From: Burkholderiaceae bacterium
GTDB taxonomy: Bacteria; Pseudomonadota; Gammaproteobacteria; Burkholderiales; Burkholderiaceae_B
Assembly: GCA_965656505.1 (NCBI GenBank)
Contig: CBFHKV010000002.1
Coordinates: 21,989-85,988, forward strand
Direction of reading: 5' to 3'
DNA length: 64,000 nucleotides
Position 1 is the stretch's first letter. Each line of letters starts with the position of its first letter. Under the pieces are notes generated by a model. The model did not search any database, was not told where the DNA came from, and saw nothing but the letters and a program-made list of their open reading frames with translations. The position numbers and the translations under genes are program-made. Shown here piece after piece: positions 1 through 9,221 of this stretch.

Positions 1-84
1 CGTTTGTCGTGGTGACTTGGCGTCAGCGCAATGGGAACCGCGATCACCGCGGAGAACGCTAACGCAAAGGCAGACAACGCTCTA

Positions 85-684
85 TCAAACCGGTTCGAAA
101 CCAAGTGCGGCACGGAAGCGGTTTTTGACAAAAACGCCATCGCGTGGGGGCAGCGCTCTGGGTACTTCATCGGCTTTGACCTTCACTTGAAAAAAAGCGG
201 TGCCTTTCATTGCGCTCACGGCCTGGGCCACGTCGTTAACGTCTTCGGGCTTGCTCAGATGCGCGGCATGCGCGATATTGCATCCTTTGGCGACACTGAT
301 CAAGTCTGTGCCTAAGCTGGTGTGGCTGCGTTGCATGCCGGTTTCGCCAAAGTGACCGTTATCGAGAATTACAATGGTCAAGTTTTTGGGTTGAGCGGCA
401 CCAATCGTGGCCAATGAGCCCATGCCCATTAGCATTTCACCATCACCGGTGAGGACAATAACCTCGCGGGAGGGTTGGGCAAGAGCCAAGCCCAGGCCGA
501 TGCTAGCGGCACCACCCATGGCGCCCCACATGTAGAAGTTTTCAGGGCGATCGCCCGCGGCAAAGAGATCGTAGTTCGACGAGCCAAGACCTGGGACGAC
601 CAACGCATTGGGGCAGTGTGCCATGAGTTGGGCGACAAAGTCACGCCGGTCAATCGTGGCCATCGATTCAGTGGTTTGATTCAT
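85..684 (-). CDS. TPP-dependent decarboxylase, beta (TPP-binding) subunit; sulfopyruvate/phosphonopyruvate decarboxylase-like
   Basis: 199-aa ORF with a TPP-binding motif (LTGDGEMLMGMGSLATIG...VILDNGHFGETG). It is half the size of a full TPP enzyme and is paired with 748-1284, as in ComD/ComE-type split decarboxylases. The substrate is not determinable from sequence. Confidence 0.7.
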   Translation of the reverse strand: MNQTTESMATIDRRDFVAQLMAHCPNALVVPGLGSSNYDLFAAGDRPENFYMWGAMGGAASIGLGLALAQPSREVIVLTGDGEMLMGMGSLATIGAAQPKNLTIVILDNGHFGETGMQRSHTSLGTDLISVAKGCNIAHAAHLSKPEDVNDVAQAVSAMKGTAFFQVKVKADEVPRALPPRDGVFVKNRFRAALGFEPV

Positions 685-747
685 TGGTATTCCTTTTGCA
701 TATCCATTTGATAGGTGAATTCGCTCACTTAAAGTGAGTCGTCACCC

Positions 748-1284
748 TCAATCTTTGATCCATTTTTTACGACCGATCAGGCGTTGGGAAATGAGCACAG
801 CGATTTGTTCGCCGGCAACAAATGCCGAATCCAAGGCGGCGTCGACGACTTCTTCAACCTCATTGGGGTCCGTGACACGCACAACCCGAAAGCCCATGGC
901 TTTGAGCACGCCTTCTGTCGCTTGGCTCATTGGCGTTTGCCAGCCGTTGAATTCAGCAAATTCACCACGCATCGTGATCAAGGTCAGAAATGGAATGCGG
1001 CAGCTGTGCAACAAAGAAAACATGTTGACACAGTTACCCACGCCACTGCTTTGCATCAGCAGCACACTGCGTTGACCCCCGATCCACGCGCCACAACCAA
1101 GCGCAACCCCTTCCTCTTCGGTCGTGAGCACCACGGTTTTCATATCCGGGTCCTCATGACAACGGTTGATCACATGGGCGTGTCCAGCGTCGGGCACGTA
1201 GGCCACTTGTTGGATCTTTCCGCGCTTGAGCACTTGATAGATCGATTCTTTCCAACCAGCGACAGCGGTATCGTTATCGGACAT
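748..1284 (-). CDS. TPP-dependent decarboxylase, alpha (pyrimidine-binding) subunit; ComD-like
   Basis: 178-aa ORF resembling the N-terminal TPP-enzyme domain (TTEEEGVALGCGAWIGGQRSVLLMQSSGVGN). It lies immediately upstream of the beta subunit on the same strand. Confidence 0.7.
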   Translation of the reverse strand: MSDNDTAVAGWKESIYQVLKRGKIQQVAYVPDAGHAHVINRCHEDPDMKTVVLTTEEEGVALGCGAWIGGQRSVLLMQSSGVGNCVNMFSLLHSCRIPFLTLITMRGEFAEFNGWQTPMSQATEGVLKAMGFRVVRVTDPNEVEEVVDAALDSAFVAGEQIAVLISQRLIGRKKWIKD

Positions 1285-1396
1285 AAAAGCATATTCCAGA
1301 AAAAGTTAGAGGTCAGGCAACAATGATTAGTCCATGTTGTAACGCACAGTGGCAATCGCCGCCAGTGGTCTATAGGCCAGTCGATGCGCCTGAGGA

Positions 1397-2671
1397 CTAT
1401 GACGGTTCAGGGTTAATATTTTTTGGGGTTGCTGAATGCTGTCCCGGCGGTTGAGGGCGTTTGGCTAACCAGAAGGCTACGGCCCCCACGATGGCCAAGC
1501 CCGACAACACATTAAAGCCAAGAATATAATTGCCCGTGACATCCCCCAGAAAACCCGCGAGTAGGGGGCCAATGCCTTGACCCATGGCAGTGATCATGGC
1601 CGATAGCCCCAGAATCATACCGATGGCTTTGCGCCCAAAGTAGTCGGCTCGAATGGCTTGCATAAATGGTCCGCGCAAGCCCCATGCCAAGCCATGAGCC
1701 ACCGCGAATAGCACCAACTCGAATGGGCCCTGGGCATAAGTGAGCGCGAGCAAACCGGTGGCGTGCAGCAGCATGCAAGCCGTTGCCACCATTCGTTTAT
1801 CAAATTTATCGCCCAAGTAACCGCCAAGTAACACGCCGGCGACTTGGCACATGGTCATGAGCATAATGTAGACAGAGCCTTCGGCGATGCTGTAGCCCAA
1901 CGAAATCCGCATGTGATTGATTGCATGGGTATTGACAGCCATCACAACCACCAACGCCAGGCCGTGTCCAGCGGCAAGTAACCAGAAGGCGCGTGTTCGA
2001 AGCGCTTGTGCAGCAGTGAATTCCGGTTCTGGCTTGGACGGTTTGTCGCCCTCATTTTCTGTCAGCTTGGCTTGAGCGGCATGACCGTCAACCACCTCTC
2101 CGATATCCTCAGGCCGCCGCTTGAACAGACTGGCTAAGGGGTAGCCGATGACGATGGCTGCAATGCCGCTGCCCATGGCTGCGGCCCGCCAGCCAAACAA
2201 CTCAATGGAACCGGCGATGATGGGTACAAACACCCCACCGAGCGCGAACCCCAAACCAACAAACGATAACGCCCGAGCCCTTTTTTTCTCAAACCACTGA
2301 ATCACGGCGACGTTTAAAGGGAAGTAGCCTGCCATGGAGGCGCCGACGGCGATGACGGCAACGGCCAGATAAAAGCCCAGTAATGAGTCAATTTGACTCA
2401 TAAAAATAAAACCGATGCCGAACATCATGACGCCGATTTTGATGACGCCTTTGGCGCCAAAGCGATCCAGAAACCAGCCAATGAGCGGACCAAGCAAGGC
2501 GGCTTCAACCGATAGCATGGCCGATGCGGCTGATAACGAGGTTTTACTCCAACCCTGCTCGACGGTTAGAACAGCGACGTAAGCACCAAATGCCTGATGC
2601 AGCAACATGGCTTGCAGGATTTGAAGCCCAGCAGAGGCCATGACTATTTTCCAACCGTAGAAAATTTTCAT
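1397..2671 (-). CDS. MFS transporter
   Basis: Polytopic hydrophobic ORF of about 12 TM segments. I moved the start to the internal ATG (MKIFYGWKIV...), which is a typical MFS N-terminus. The upstream 38 codons of the track ORF are Cys/Arg-rich and look non-coding. Confidence 0.8.
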   Translation of the reverse strand: MKIFYGWKIVMASAGLQILQAMLLHQAFGAYVAVLTVEQGWSKTSLSAASAMLSVEAALLGPLIGWFLDRFGAKGVIKIGVMMFGIGFIFMSQIDSLLGFYLAVAVIAVGASMAGYFPLNVAVIQWFEKKRARALSFVGLGFALGGVFVPIIAGSIELFGWRAAAMGSGIAAIVIGYPLASLFKRRPEDIGEVVDGHAAQAKLTENEGDKPSKPEPEFTAAQALRTRAFWLLAAGHGLALVVVMAVNTHAINHMRISLGYSIAEGSVYIMLMTMCQVAGVLLGGYLGDKFDKRMVATACMLLHATGLLALTYAQGPFELVLFAVAHGLAWGLRGPFMQAIRADYFGRKAIGMILGLSAMITAMGQGIGPLLAGFLGDVTGNYILGFNVLSGLAIVGAVAFWLAKRPQPPGQHSATPKNINPEPS

Positions 2672-2982
2672 GTCCGTTCGTATCCTGCGGCACCAGGCGC
2701 AACGGGTGTGTCGACAGTAGAGCCCGTTAGGTTGTCGGGTAGGGAAGTCAGAGGGGCAGCTTTGCACCGACTCGAAGGATCGCACTGACGTTGATCGAAC
2801 ACTGGGTTGTGTTCAAGCCGAGTACGGTCTGAGAGTCGTAAGTCATGACGAAGCTGCATTGCAAGTGGTGAGCCGACAAATGAAAACAGAAGGGCATCTT
2901 AATACACGGCGCCCCTTGGCAACACCTCGGTGCGGACTGTAAGACTCAGACGATCACCAATCATGGCGATAGCGTTAAAAAT

Positions 2983-3016
2983 GAGAGGGCTAAATCCGCA
3001 TTGATTTAGCCCTCTC
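2983..3016 (-). terminator. Rho-independent terminator downstream of metY
   Basis: 14-bp stem GAGAGGGCTAAATC / GATTTAGCCCTCTC with a 6-nt loop, followed by a U-run (ATTTTTAAC) on the minus strand. Confidence 0.8.
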
Positions 3017-3069
3017 TGTCATTTGAAAATGCACTTTTGCACATTCACCCTACTGTTAGGGTTTGCTGC

Positions 3070-4353
3070 TTAAACGGCGTCTAGGGCCTGTGCCAAGTCG
3101 GCTTTAAGGTCACTGATGTGCTCAATGCCGAGTGATAAGCGGACCATGCCTTGTGTCACCCCGGCTTTCTCTAGCTCGGCTTCGTTGAGTTGGCGGTGGG
3201 TGGTTGAGGCGGGGTGGGTTGCCAAGGACTTGGCGTCGCCGATGTTAACCAAACGCAAAAAGAGTTGGAGCGCATCGAGGAAGCGAGCGCCTGCCTCGAT
3301 GGCTTTGCCCTCGGGTGCCTTCAGACCAAATGACAGGATGCCCGAGGCACGACCGCCCATCTGTTTTTGGACAATGGCATGGTCTGGGTGGTCGGGTAGG
3401 CCGGCGTAATTGACCCAGTCCACTTTGGGGTGTTCTTTCAGGTATTGCGCGACGGCCATGGCGTTTTCGCAGGTCCGGTCCATACGCAACGCCAAGGTTT
3501 CGATCCCTTGCAGGATCAAGAAGGCATTGAAAGGTGACAGCGCGGATCCCGTGCTACGCAGGGGCACCACACGGGCACGGCCAATAAACGCCGCGGGACC
3601 CAGTGCCTCTGTGTAAACCACACCGTGATAACTGACATCGGGCTCATTGAGCCGCTTAAAGCGCTCTTTGTGCTCGGCCCATGGGAATTTGCCGCTATCG
3701 ATGATGGCACCTGCCACGGTGGTGCCGTGTCCACCCATGTACTTGGTGAGGGACTGGACCACGATATCGGCACCGTGCTCGATCGGGCGCAGTAGATAGG
3801 GGCTAGGTACTGTGTTATCGACGATCAGCGGAATGCCATGGTCGTGGGCGACTTTTGCCAAAGCGGCGATGTCCGTGACGTTGCCAAGCGGGTTGCCAAT
3901 CGATTCGCAGAAGATCGCCTTGGTTTTTTCATCGATGTGAGGGATGAAACTATCGGGGTCACGGGCGTTCGCGAAGCGCACGTTGATGCCTTGCTGTGGC
4001 AAGGTATGTGCAAACAAATTGTAGGTGCCACCGTATAAGGTGCTTGCCGACACGATGTTGTCGCCTGCTTCGGCAATGGTTTGAATGGCGTAGGTGATGG
4101 CCGACATGCCGGAAGAGACGGCTAGGGCGGCGATGCCCCCTTCAAGGGCAGCCACACGTTTTTCGAGCACATCATTGGTGGGGTTCATGATGCGGCTGTA
4201 AATATTGCCTTCGACCTTTAGATCAAATAGATCGGCACCATGTTGTGCATTGTCGAAAGCATAGGCAACCGTTTGATAAATGGGGACGGCGACCGATTTG
4301 GTCGTGGGATCGGCTTTAAAGCCGCCGTGTAGGGCGATGGTTTCAAGCTTCAT
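3070..4353 (-). CDS. metY: O-acetylhomoserine sulfhydrylase (aminocarboxypropyltransferase), PLP-dependent
   Basis: 427 aa. MKLETIALHGG...PIYQTVAYAFD...NIYSRIMNPT and the SLTKYMGGHG lysine motif are characteristic of MetY/Cys-Met metabolism PLP enzymes. Confidence 0.9.
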   Translation of the reverse strand: MKLETIALHGGFKADPTTKSVAVPIYQTVAYAFDNAQHGADLFDLKVEGNIYSRIMNPTNDVLEKRVAALEGGIAALAVSSGMSAITYAIQTIAEAGDNIVSASTLYGGTYNLFAHTLPQQGINVRFANARDPDSFIPHIDEKTKAIFCESIGNPLGNVTDIAALAKVAHDHGIPLIVDNTVPSPYLLRPIEHGADIVVQSLTKYMGGHGTTVAGAIIDSGKFPWAEHKERFKRLNEPDVSYHGVVYTEALGPAAFIGRARVVPLRSTGSALSPFNAFLILQGIETLALRMDRTCENAMAVAQYLKEHPKVDWVNYAGLPDHPDHAIVQKQMGGRASGILSFGLKAPEGKAIEAGARFLDALQLFLRLVNIGDAKSLATHPASTTHRQLNEAELEKAGVTQGMVRLSLGIEHISDLKADLAQALDAV

Positions 4354-4511
4354 GTCAGGCCTTTAAATTGTCGAATATGTCTAATGGGATCTATTTGCGA
4401 CTCTTCTCATAACTTTAACGAATTTGAAAAGCCATTCAAAATAGAATTTGGTAATTAATTAATAAAAGGGTGCGTCAGTCATTCAATGAGTGACCGGCGA
4501 TGGTAGGTGAC

Positions 4512-5309
4512 TCACCGAGTTGCCGAAATAATCCCGCCGTCCACCACAATGGTTTGGGCGGTGATGTAGCGACTTTCGTCGGCGGCTAGAAATAAAACGG
4601 TATTGGCCACATCCCAGGCGTCACCCATGTGGCCCATGGGCACTTGTTGGTGCCGGTGAGCAACAAAACCCTCGTAGTCACCCTTTGCGTATTTGTTAGC
4701 CAGTCGTTCAACCAAGGGGGTAAACATCAAACCGGGCGCCACACAATTCAAGCGAATCCCTCGTTCGGCATAGATCACAGCAGTGGTTTTGGTGAATTGC
4801 ATGAGCGCGGCTTTGCCTGCGGCGTAGCCAACCTGCGGCTTACCAATATAGCGATAGCCCGCTACCGAAGAGATATTGACGACTGAGCCAGCGCCTTGGT
4901 TTTCCATCTGAGGGAGAACGTATTTGCAGGTTAAAAAAGCCGACGTGACGTTGACGTCTAATTGATCGCCCCAGGTTTGTTCGCTCATTTCGACCGGACC
5001 GCCTGGCTCAGAACGACCGACATTATTGACCAAAATATCAATACGACCGTATTTCTCAAGGCAGGCGTCAACCATTTGTTTGACTGCTTCAGGGTCGGTG
5101 ACGTTGGTTTGCATCACATGCGCTTGACCACCCTCGGCCTCAATCAGCGATTGAGTCGCTTGGGCCGCTTCAAGGCTCAAGTCAACGCCAAATACTTTGG
5201 CGCCTTGTCGGGCTAACAGCACGGCAATGGCTTTGCCATTACCCCAACCCTCTTCTAATGTGCCACAGCCGGTGACCAAGGCAACCTTGCCATCGAGTCT
5301 CAACATCAC
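4512..5309 (-). CDS. SDR-family oxidoreductase
   Basis: 265 aa with a Rossmann motif (ALVTGCG..G.G) and a YxxxK catalytic motif (YAAGKAAL). Confidence 0.85.
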   Translation of the reverse strand: MMLRLDGKVALVTGCGTLEEGWGNGKAIAVLLARQGAKVFGVDLSLEAAQATQSLIEAEGGQAHVMQTNVTDPEAVKQMVDACLEKYGRIDILVNNVGRSEPGGPVEMSEQTWGDQLDVNVTSAFLTCKYVLPQMENQGAGSVVNISSVAGYRYIGKPQVGYAAGKAALMQFTKTTAVIYAERGIRLNCVAPGLMFTPLVERLANKYAKGDYEGFVAHRHQQVPMGHMGDAWDVANTVLFLAADESRYITAQTIVVDGGIISATR

Positions 5310-5657
5310 TTGCTCCTAAAAGTTTTTTTTCGCCACGGATCGTCAAACGCCAAGTCCAGACTGTAAACCAGTGACGTGCCTCACGCGAGAGGGCAACGGC
5401 CTGGGCTCGCGCGCACAGCCGGCGCACTAAGGTGTCGATGGCCCACTCGCTGTCGTCCTTAGCCAACGTTCTGGCCGATTGACATCACGCCGATAGCAAC
5501 AACACCCGTGTAGTAGAGCATTAGCCAAATAAGACGTATACGGTTCATGGGCAAACAAACGGCTACCAGCATGGGTGGCTGATAGCCGTTTTCTTCTAAA
5601 GTCGGGTTTTGATTTGGTTACCCAAACCCATCAGCAGGGGTTTAACCGTTGATGGGT

Positions 5658-6722
5658 TCAGTTCGCTTGCTCTAGGGCATCGGCTTGAATCTCTGCTGTC
5701 GTTGGCCGACGGATGCCGCGGATCAAATCTTCAACCGTCAGTCGCCCAACCCTATCACCCTTTTTGTTGGTGATGACCAGTTTGTCGCCGGCTGTTTCAG
5801 CAAAAACCTGTAGGGCTTCCTCAATGGTGGTGTTTTCTTTGATGACTGGGCCTTCGTCTCCTTCTTGAAAGGGGTTCATGATCGCTCGCACGCGTAAGAC
5901 GCGGGCACGGTTGATGTCTTTCATGAAGTCAGCGACATAGGCGTCTGCGGGTTTCATCAAGATATTTTGTGGGTCATCGGTTTGGATGATGGCACCGTCG
6001 CGCAGGATGGCAATGCTATCGCCGATACGCAAAGCTTCATCCAAGTCGTGGGTGATGAACACAATGGTCTTTTGCAGTTCGTTTTGCAGGTCAAGCAAGA
6101 TGTCTTGCATCTCTGCCCGGATCAAGGGGTCCAAGGCAGAAAACGCCTCATCCATTAACAAAATTTCCGCATCCGTGGCCAAGGCCCTTGCCAACCCGAC
6201 GCGTTGTTGCATACCGCCCGACAGCTGCCCGGGGTAGTGGTTTTCGAAACCAGACAGGCCAACGCGTCCAATCCACCGTGCGGAAACTTCTTGGATGGTT
6301 TTTTTGTCTTTGCCCTGGTTCTCTAGACCATAGCCAACGTTGTCCATGATGGTGCGATGGGGAAACAGCGCAAAGCGCTGAAACACCATGGACACTTTAA
6401 AGCGTCGCAAGTCACGCAACTTTTCAGCGTCAAGCTGCAAAACGTCTTGCCCGTCGAGCAAAATCTCGCCCTCGGTGGGTGCAATCAAACGGTTGATGTG
6501 CCGAATCAGGGTTGATTTACCCGAGCCCGACAACCCCATCACCACTTGGATGCGGTGACGCTCCATGTCAAGGTTGACATTGCTCAAGCCAATCACATGA
6601 CCGGTGCGATCAAGCAGTTCGTCTTTCCCCATCCCCTCGTGCACAAGTTGCATGGCTTTTTTGGGGTTTTTACCGAAAACCTTGTACAGATTTCGAATCG
6701 AAATAATCGTATCAGTGCTCAT
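5658..6722 (-). CDS. proV: Glycine betaine/proline-type ABC transporter, ATP-binding subunit with C-terminal CBS region
   Basis: 354 aa with Walker A GLSGSGKST, signature LSGGMQQRVGLARAL and Walker B LLMDEAFSALD. It is collinear with E. coli ProV by eye. Confidence 0.85.
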   Translation of the reverse strand: MSTDTIISIRNLYKVFGKNPKKAMQLVHEGMGKDELLDRTGHVIGLSNVNLDMERHRIQVVMGLSGSGKSTLIRHINRLIAPTEGEILLDGQDVLQLDAEKLRDLRRFKVSMVFQRFALFPHRTIMDNVGYGLENQGKDKKTIQEVSARWIGRVGLSGFENHYPGQLSGGMQQRVGLARALATDAEILLMDEAFSALDPLIRAEMQDILLDLQNELQKTIVFITHDLDEALRIGDSIAILRDGAIIQTDDPQNILMKPADAYVADFMKDINRARVLRVRAIMNPFQEGDEGPVIKENTTIEEALQVFAETAGDKLVITNKKGDRVGRLTVEDLIRGIRRPTTAEIQADALEQAN

Positions 6723-7609
6723 CAGCGGTGGCCCTCTTGGTGTTTTTGCAACCTCAGGCCAAAGCCTTGGGTGATCCGGTCAAAAATGATCGCCAAGACC
6801 ACCACAGCGGTGCCGTTGAATAGGCCCAAGGCAAAATACTGATTGGTCACTGCCTGTAATACCGGTTGACCCAAGCCGCGAACGCCAATCATGGAAGCAA
6901 TCACGACCATGGCTAAAGCCATCATGATGGTCTGATTAATGCCAGCCATGATGTTTGGTAGCGCAAGTGGTAACTGAACCTTAAGGAGTTTTTGTAGACG
7001 ACTCGCGCCAAAAGCATCTGCCGCTTCTAGCGCTTCTTTTTCAACCAAGCGTATCCCCAAATTGGTCAAACGAATCACAGGCGCAATGCAGTAAATCACC
7101 ACGGCAATCAAACCTGGCACACGCCCGATCCCCAAAAGCATCACGACCGGGATCAGGTAGACAAAACTCGGCATGGTCTGCATCACATCGAGAACCGGCA
7201 GAATCGCCCTTTGTCCACGGTTAGAGCGCGCCATGAAGATACCGATTGGTATCCCAATCACGATCGACAATAAGGTGCAGACTAGGATCATGGCCATGGT
7301 TCGCATGGTGTTTTCCCACATGCCAAACACGCCGATCAGGCAAAGTGCAATGACGATGCCTGCAAATAGCTTCCAATTGCGCGACGCCAAATAACCGACG
7401 CCCGCTGTCCCAATGACCACAAGCCACCAAGGGGCGCTCAAGAGCATGCTTTCGAACCAGATCAAGAAATAGAGGAGAGGTTCAAAGAACGCTTCGATTG
7501 CAGCGCCATACTCGCGGGAGAACGTTAGGTAGGCTCGATCGATCCCTTTGGAGATTTCACGAAGCGTTCGATCGGCAAGCTGAGGAAATTCGTTGGACCA
7601 AAACATCAT
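6722..7609 (-). CDS. proW: Glycine betaine/proline-type ABC transporter permease
   Basis: 295-aa polytopic membrane ORF. Its stop overlaps the proV start, and its middle position in the binding-protein/permease/ATPase operon fits a permease. Confidence 0.8.
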   Translation of the reverse strand: MMFWSNEFPQLADRTLREISKGIDRAYLTFSREYGAAIEAFFEPLLYFLIWFESMLLSAPWWLVVIGTAGVGYLASRNWKLFAGIVIALCLIGVFGMWENTMRTMAMILVCTLLSIVIGIPIGIFMARSNRGQRAILPVLDVMQTMPSFVYLIPVVMLLGIGRVPGLIAVVIYCIAPVIRLTNLGIRLVEKEALEAADAFGASRLQKLLKVQLPLALPNIMAGINQTIMMALAMVVIASMIGVRGLGQPVLQAVTNQYFALGLFNGTAVVVLAIIFDRITQGFGLRLQKHQEGHR

Positions 7610-7728
7610 GTCCGCCTTTTGTTATTAATCGAATGGCTGGGCGCCAGACCGAACACCCTGATAGGTGTTCGGTCTGTGATGACGCTTTTAATTAATTGTC
7701 GCGAGAGTAGCGCGACGGTACACAAGGT

Positions 7729-8739
7729 TTAAAGGGCTGCGTTAACCTTGGCTGCCACATCGGCAGGAACCCACTGTGTCCAGACTTCTGGGTTGTTTTT
7801 CAAGAACCACTCAGCTGCGGCTTGACCGTCAGCTTGCTCTGCTTCCATGTACTCCAGCACGGCACCAAAGGCTTCTGGTGTCCAGAGACGGGATTTCAGG
7901 TAAGCCATTGGCGCTTCATTGTTATTGGCGAACTCGGTGGACACAACGGTCTTGATCTCAGACACCGGAAAAGAGTTAGGCTTGGGATCAACGCAGTCTA
8001 CCGAACCCGTGCAATTCTCAAACTCTTGAGCGTCGTGAGGACCCATGTCAACACGCACCATATCTAGCTTTGACAGCAGGGACGTGGGTGACCAGTAGTA
8101 GCTCAAAATACCTTCGCCTCGGTTGTAAGCCTTGGTGATCGCACCTGACAAGGCAGCGCCTGATCCGGGGTCAACCAGGTTGAAACCGGCCTCTTCCATC
8201 TCAAAGCCCTTGAACAGGTTGTTGTTGATGATCTGGCAAGCCCAGCCCGATGGGCAACCGACCACACGGCCTTTGCTTGGGTCTTCAGGATCCTTAAAGA
8301 GATCAGGGTTCTTTTTCACGCCTTCAATCGTGGCTAACTCGGGGTTTTTATCGACCATGTATTGAGGAATCCACCAACCCTCACCGGCATTTTTCGCTGG
8401 GTCTTCCAGAACATCGCCAGCAATGACCAAACGATCCGCAGCAACGGCGGCGTCGATTTGCTCTTTAACGGTGTTCATCCACATTTCTGGCGCAATGTCG
8501 GGGCTGCCTTTCTCGCTCATGGACGTGGCCGTTGGCACGGTATCTCCAGGTAAGACCTCGGCGTTGCAACCGTAGCCATTGGCAAGGATGAATTGATCGA
8601 CACGGGCGGCTGCTTGGGCGCTTGCCCAGTTCATTTCAGAAACAGTGACATTGCCACATTCGGCTTGGGCTACGCCCGTGCCGAGGGCGCTCAATGCAAC
8701 GGTCATGGCTGCTAAATAGGATTTTTTTACAAATTTCAT
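7729..8739 (-). CDS. proX: Quaternary-amine (glycine betaine-type) ABC substrate-binding protein
   Basis: 336 aa with a signal peptide (...GTGVAQA). The GCPSGWACQ segment resembles ProX-type binding proteins. It is the first gene of the operon, with a GGAGAA RBS. Confidence 0.7.
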   Translation of the reverse strand: MKFVKKSYLAAMTVALSALGTGVAQAECGNVTVSEMNWASAQAAARVDQFILANGYGCNAEVLPGDTVPTATSMSEKGSPDIAPEMWMNTVKEQIDAAVAADRLVIAGDVLEDPAKNAGEGWWIPQYMVDKNPELATIEGVKKNPDLFKDPEDPSKGRVVGCPSGWACQIINNNLFKGFEMEEAGFNLVDPGSGAALSGAITKAYNRGEGILSYYWSPTSLLSKLDMVRVDMGPHDAQEFENCTGSVDCVDPKPNSFPVSEIKTVVSTEFANNNEAPMAYLKSRLWTPEAFGAVLEYMEAEQADGQAAAEWFLKNNPEVWTQWVPADVAAKVNAAL

Positions 8740-9221
8740 GCGTGTTTTCTCCGCTAGGTTTCAAACCAAATGGTTTGCTTGCTCGGACAGATCAGGTGAT
8801 CTGACAGGTTTAGTGAGTCACAAAAACATCGAGACATCACTGTTCCGGTGATGTGCTACTCGAGGTAGCACTGGCATGGCCCCAGAAATGCCGGGACAAT
8901 GGTTGCTCGGAGAGCAATTGACGATTCGTCCGTCGTAGGACAAAACTATTCGAGACTTTCCTACAAGAGGAAAAGTTTGATGAAGAGATGTATCTTCGTG
9001 AGGATACCAATATTTGTTAATGACTTTTTTAGTCTAACCAACTTCGTCGAATCTGCCAACTTCCACCTATTTCTCCTAGTGGTATACCCGTGATTTAAGG
9101 TGTTTGAGTCGATTGAAACGGTCATATTGCGCCAAATCATTCGTTTCATGACTCAAAAGTCCGTGATTGCTTGTGATGGGTGGTGATTGGTTTGTTGGCT
9201 CAACCGATTTAGACTCACACC

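Noticed and set aside
31-315. 94-aa plus-strand ORF at the window start.
   Set aside because: It overlaps the well-supported TPP beta-subunit gene (85-684, minus strand). It has no RBS and no family resemblance.
784-1326. 180-aa plus-strand ORF antisense to the TPP decarboxylase alpha subunit. It stands for many similar long antisense or out-of-frame track ORFs, for example 13914-14396, 14688-15137, 17144-17593, 17690-18193, 18957-19460, 24746-25315, 27934-28413, 46754-47230, 53387-53938, 60057-60515 and 60109-60663.
   Set aside because: Each one lies entirely inside a gene with a clear family assignment on the other strand or in another frame. Their products are Arg/Pro/Ser/Cys-rich with no recognisable motifs. 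This is typical of shadow ORFs in sequence with biased codon positions.
1397-2785. Long N-terminal extensions proposed by the ORF track. Other examples are 22454, 24302, 32239, 33561, 34374, 42149, 49876, 54148, 56272, 58738 and 61674.
   Set aside because: In each case an internal ATG or GTG with a Shine-Dalgarno sequence coincides with the canonical family N-terminus, or with a stop-start overlap to the upstream gene. The extra upstream residues look non-coding.
2672-2980. Possible riboswitch in the 300-nt region upstream of the MFS/TPP-decarboxylase operon. A TPP riboswitch was the obvious guess.
   Set aside because: I read the minus-strand RNA. A CTGAG is present, but the conserved ACCCTTTGAACCTGATC...GGGA core of the THI element is absent. 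I recognised no other class, so I am not reporting it without a covariance-model scan.
5459-5548. 29-codon minus-strand ORF (MNRIRLIWLMLYYTGVVAIGVMSIGQNVG) just after the proV terminator-like hairpin.
   Set aside because: It has no Shine-Dalgarno sequence upstream and lies directly downstream of a hairpin. It is very short, so a hydrophobic peptide of this kind could arise by chance.
8899-9149. Two overlapping 62-64-aa ORFs on opposite strands in the AT-rich proX/GST intergenic region.
   Set aside because: They overlap each other, are rich in Phe/Leu/Lys/Asn as expected from AT-rich non-coding DNA, and have no RBS.
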